Shown: one piece after another, positions 62,577 to 64,000 of the stretch
How the letters are laid out: every line of letters begins with the position of its first letter
Numbering within the stretch: position 1 is the first letter of the stretch
DNA from: Ptychomitrium polyphyllum
Taxonomy: Eukaryota
Length of the DNA stretch: 64,000 bases
Direction: 5' to 3'
Assembly (NCBI GenBank): GCA_973851085.1
Contig: OZ316776.1
Location: 14,756,001-14,820,000 of the forward strand
The notes under the pieces: generated by a model
Databases searched by the model: none
What the model was told of the DNA's origin: nothing
Seen by the model: only the letters and a program-made list of their open reading frames with translations
Made by a program: the position numbers and the translations under genes

Positions 62577-63665
62577 ATGGGGTTAAGCTATATAGGAGCT
62601 GCGCAAGGAGGTCACACCTTTCGCGCCACACAATCTCTGTCTGTAATCAAACATGAGGATTTCTTGAGAACCGGCTGCACAAAGCTTCTATCTCGTCCGT
62701 TGCGTCGCTTCCAGAAGTACCGCCTGTCTGGTGTGCGAGCGAGCTCCGAGCCCCAGGCACTGCGAGTTTTCCCTCCTCAGAAAGTGAGTTTCCAGAGCAT
62801 CCGCACCAACGCCCCAGAAGCATCATTTGACGGACAGAGCGCCCAGTTGAACCACCACGCGCACGTTGCAACCGACGCCAGTGAGAGTGGGCTATGGACA
62901 TTGCCGTCAATCCAACACGACGTGGGTTTAACGCTTCTGGTTCTCGTAGGAGCATGGGCCTGGGTGAAAGTCTTCGACTTTCTTACAAAGCAGAAGTACC
63001 TGGGGCAGAAGTTGAGCCGGAAGCTGGTGCACATTTCTTCAGGCCTTCTGTTCGCGTCTTGCTGGCCTCTCTACAGCGCTTTCCCGTGTGCACAATACAT
63101 CGCAGCTCTGGTGCCCATCAGCAACGGAATCCGGCTTCTGGTGTATGGCTTGGGCGTCCTCAAGGATGAAGGCTTGGTGAAGTCTGTGTCCCGGGAGGGT
63201 GATCCTCGGGAGCTTCTTCGCGGACCTTTGTACTATGTCGTGGTTTTAGTCTTCAGCACGATTCTCTTCTGGCGTGACTCGCCGGTGGGCGTCATGGCGC
63301 TTGCCATGATGTGTGGGGGTGATGGCATTGCAGATATTGTTGGCAGGCGGTTTGGGGCGAGCAAGCTGCCCTACAATTCCGGCAAGAGCTGGGCTGGCAG
63401 TGTGGCGATGTTCTTGTTCGGGTTGCTTGTTTCGTATGCGTGTATGTGTTACTTCTCATTCATGGGATTCTACCACCTCGACAAGGGAGGGACATTGATC
63501 CGTCTTGCAGCTGTTTCTCTTGCGGCGACGGTCGTTGAGTCGCTCCCCATTTCGACTAAGCTTGATGATAATGTTACTGTTCCTCTGACAACTATCATTT
63601 TGGGAATGCTGCTCTTTCCATCTGGTGGCAATGTGTTCGGACTTCCCCAAGTTAATGTAATGTGA
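62577..63665 (+). CDS. VTE5: Phytol kinase (VTE5-like, CTP-dependent), 362 aa, intronless CDS with transit peptide
   Basis: SRKLVHISSGLLF, SREGDPRELLRGPLYY, WRDSPVG..LAMMCGGDGIADI, KSWAGS, DDNVTVP; these residues fit VTE5 better than farnesol kinase FOLK. Confidence 0.88.
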   Translation: MGLSYIGAAQGGHTFRATQSLSVIKHEDFLRTGCTKLLSRPLRRFQKYRLSGVRASSEPQALRVFPPQKVSFQSIRTNAPEASFDGQSAQLNHHAHVATDASESGLWTLPSIQHDVGLTLLVLVGAWAWVKVFDFLTKQKYLGQKLSRKLVHISSGLLFASCWPLYSAFPCAQYIAALVPISNGIRLLVYGLGVLKDEGLVKSVSREGDPRELLRGPLYYVVVLVFSTILFWRDSPVGVMALAMMCGGDGIADIVGRRFGASKLPYNSGKSWAGSVAMFLFGLLVSYACMCYFSFMGFYHLDKGGTLIRLAAVSLAATVVESLPISTKLDDNVTVPLTTIILGMLLFPSGGNVFGLPQVNVM

Positions 63666-64000
63666 ACTCATCTTGTAGGCTTTCCAACATTTGGTCGACG
63701 ACAGTTGCAGCATGTGTCGGTATGTTCTTTCAAGTTTTATTTTAGTTTCTAGGAAAGTTGATGGTTACTTTAGAATTACAGTCTCATTTCTAATTTATGA
63801 TATGGGTCAATTTGCACCCATACAATATCATACAATTTTGTATTGGATATTTTCACGTCTGGGCATATTGGTGTAGCCATCAGTGTTTTGACAGGGGAGG
63901 CTGTCTGTTTAGATGTTCGACACATTGCTTTTGAGAACGTCATGACGTTAAAGAATAGTACCTGTGCAGCAAAACAGAGCTCCACTTGCCAAATGCTTTC

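Noticed and set aside
35861..63665. Neighbouring organelle-related genes (NDUFB3, CtpA, APEM9, VTE5) as a functional cluster
   Set aside because: Different organelles and pathways; ordinary gene order.

Overview
Eukaryotic, intron-containing land-plant genomic DNA. Gene style and TE content suggest a moss such as Physcomitrium patens (inference only). Bases 1-22.9 kb are a nested, rearranged cluster of decayed Ty3/gypsy chromodomain retrotransposons (chromoviruses). An outer minus-strand element ('family A') is split by a second-family element ('family C', 224-17398, TSD GTGGC/GCGGC). That element holds further family-A pieces, including a ~3.6-kb-arm inverted repeat, and a GC-rich LTR of a third family ('B'); a second B LTR is a clean solo LTR. 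Bases 26.5-63.7 kb are gene space: alpha-expansin, GH3 beta-glucosidase/exoglucanase, complex I B12 (NDUFB3), a frameshifted O-methyltransferase pseudogene, a serpin, D1-processing protease CtpA, peroxin APEM9, a probable multi-exon non-coding transcript and an intronless phytol kinase (VTE5-like). The most interesting signal is an extra ORF between the chromodomain and PPT, conserved at protein level in both chromovirus families. Family-A LTRs also carry perfect heat-shock elements and a Tf1-type self-priming PBS. All calls were made by eye; no database searches were run.
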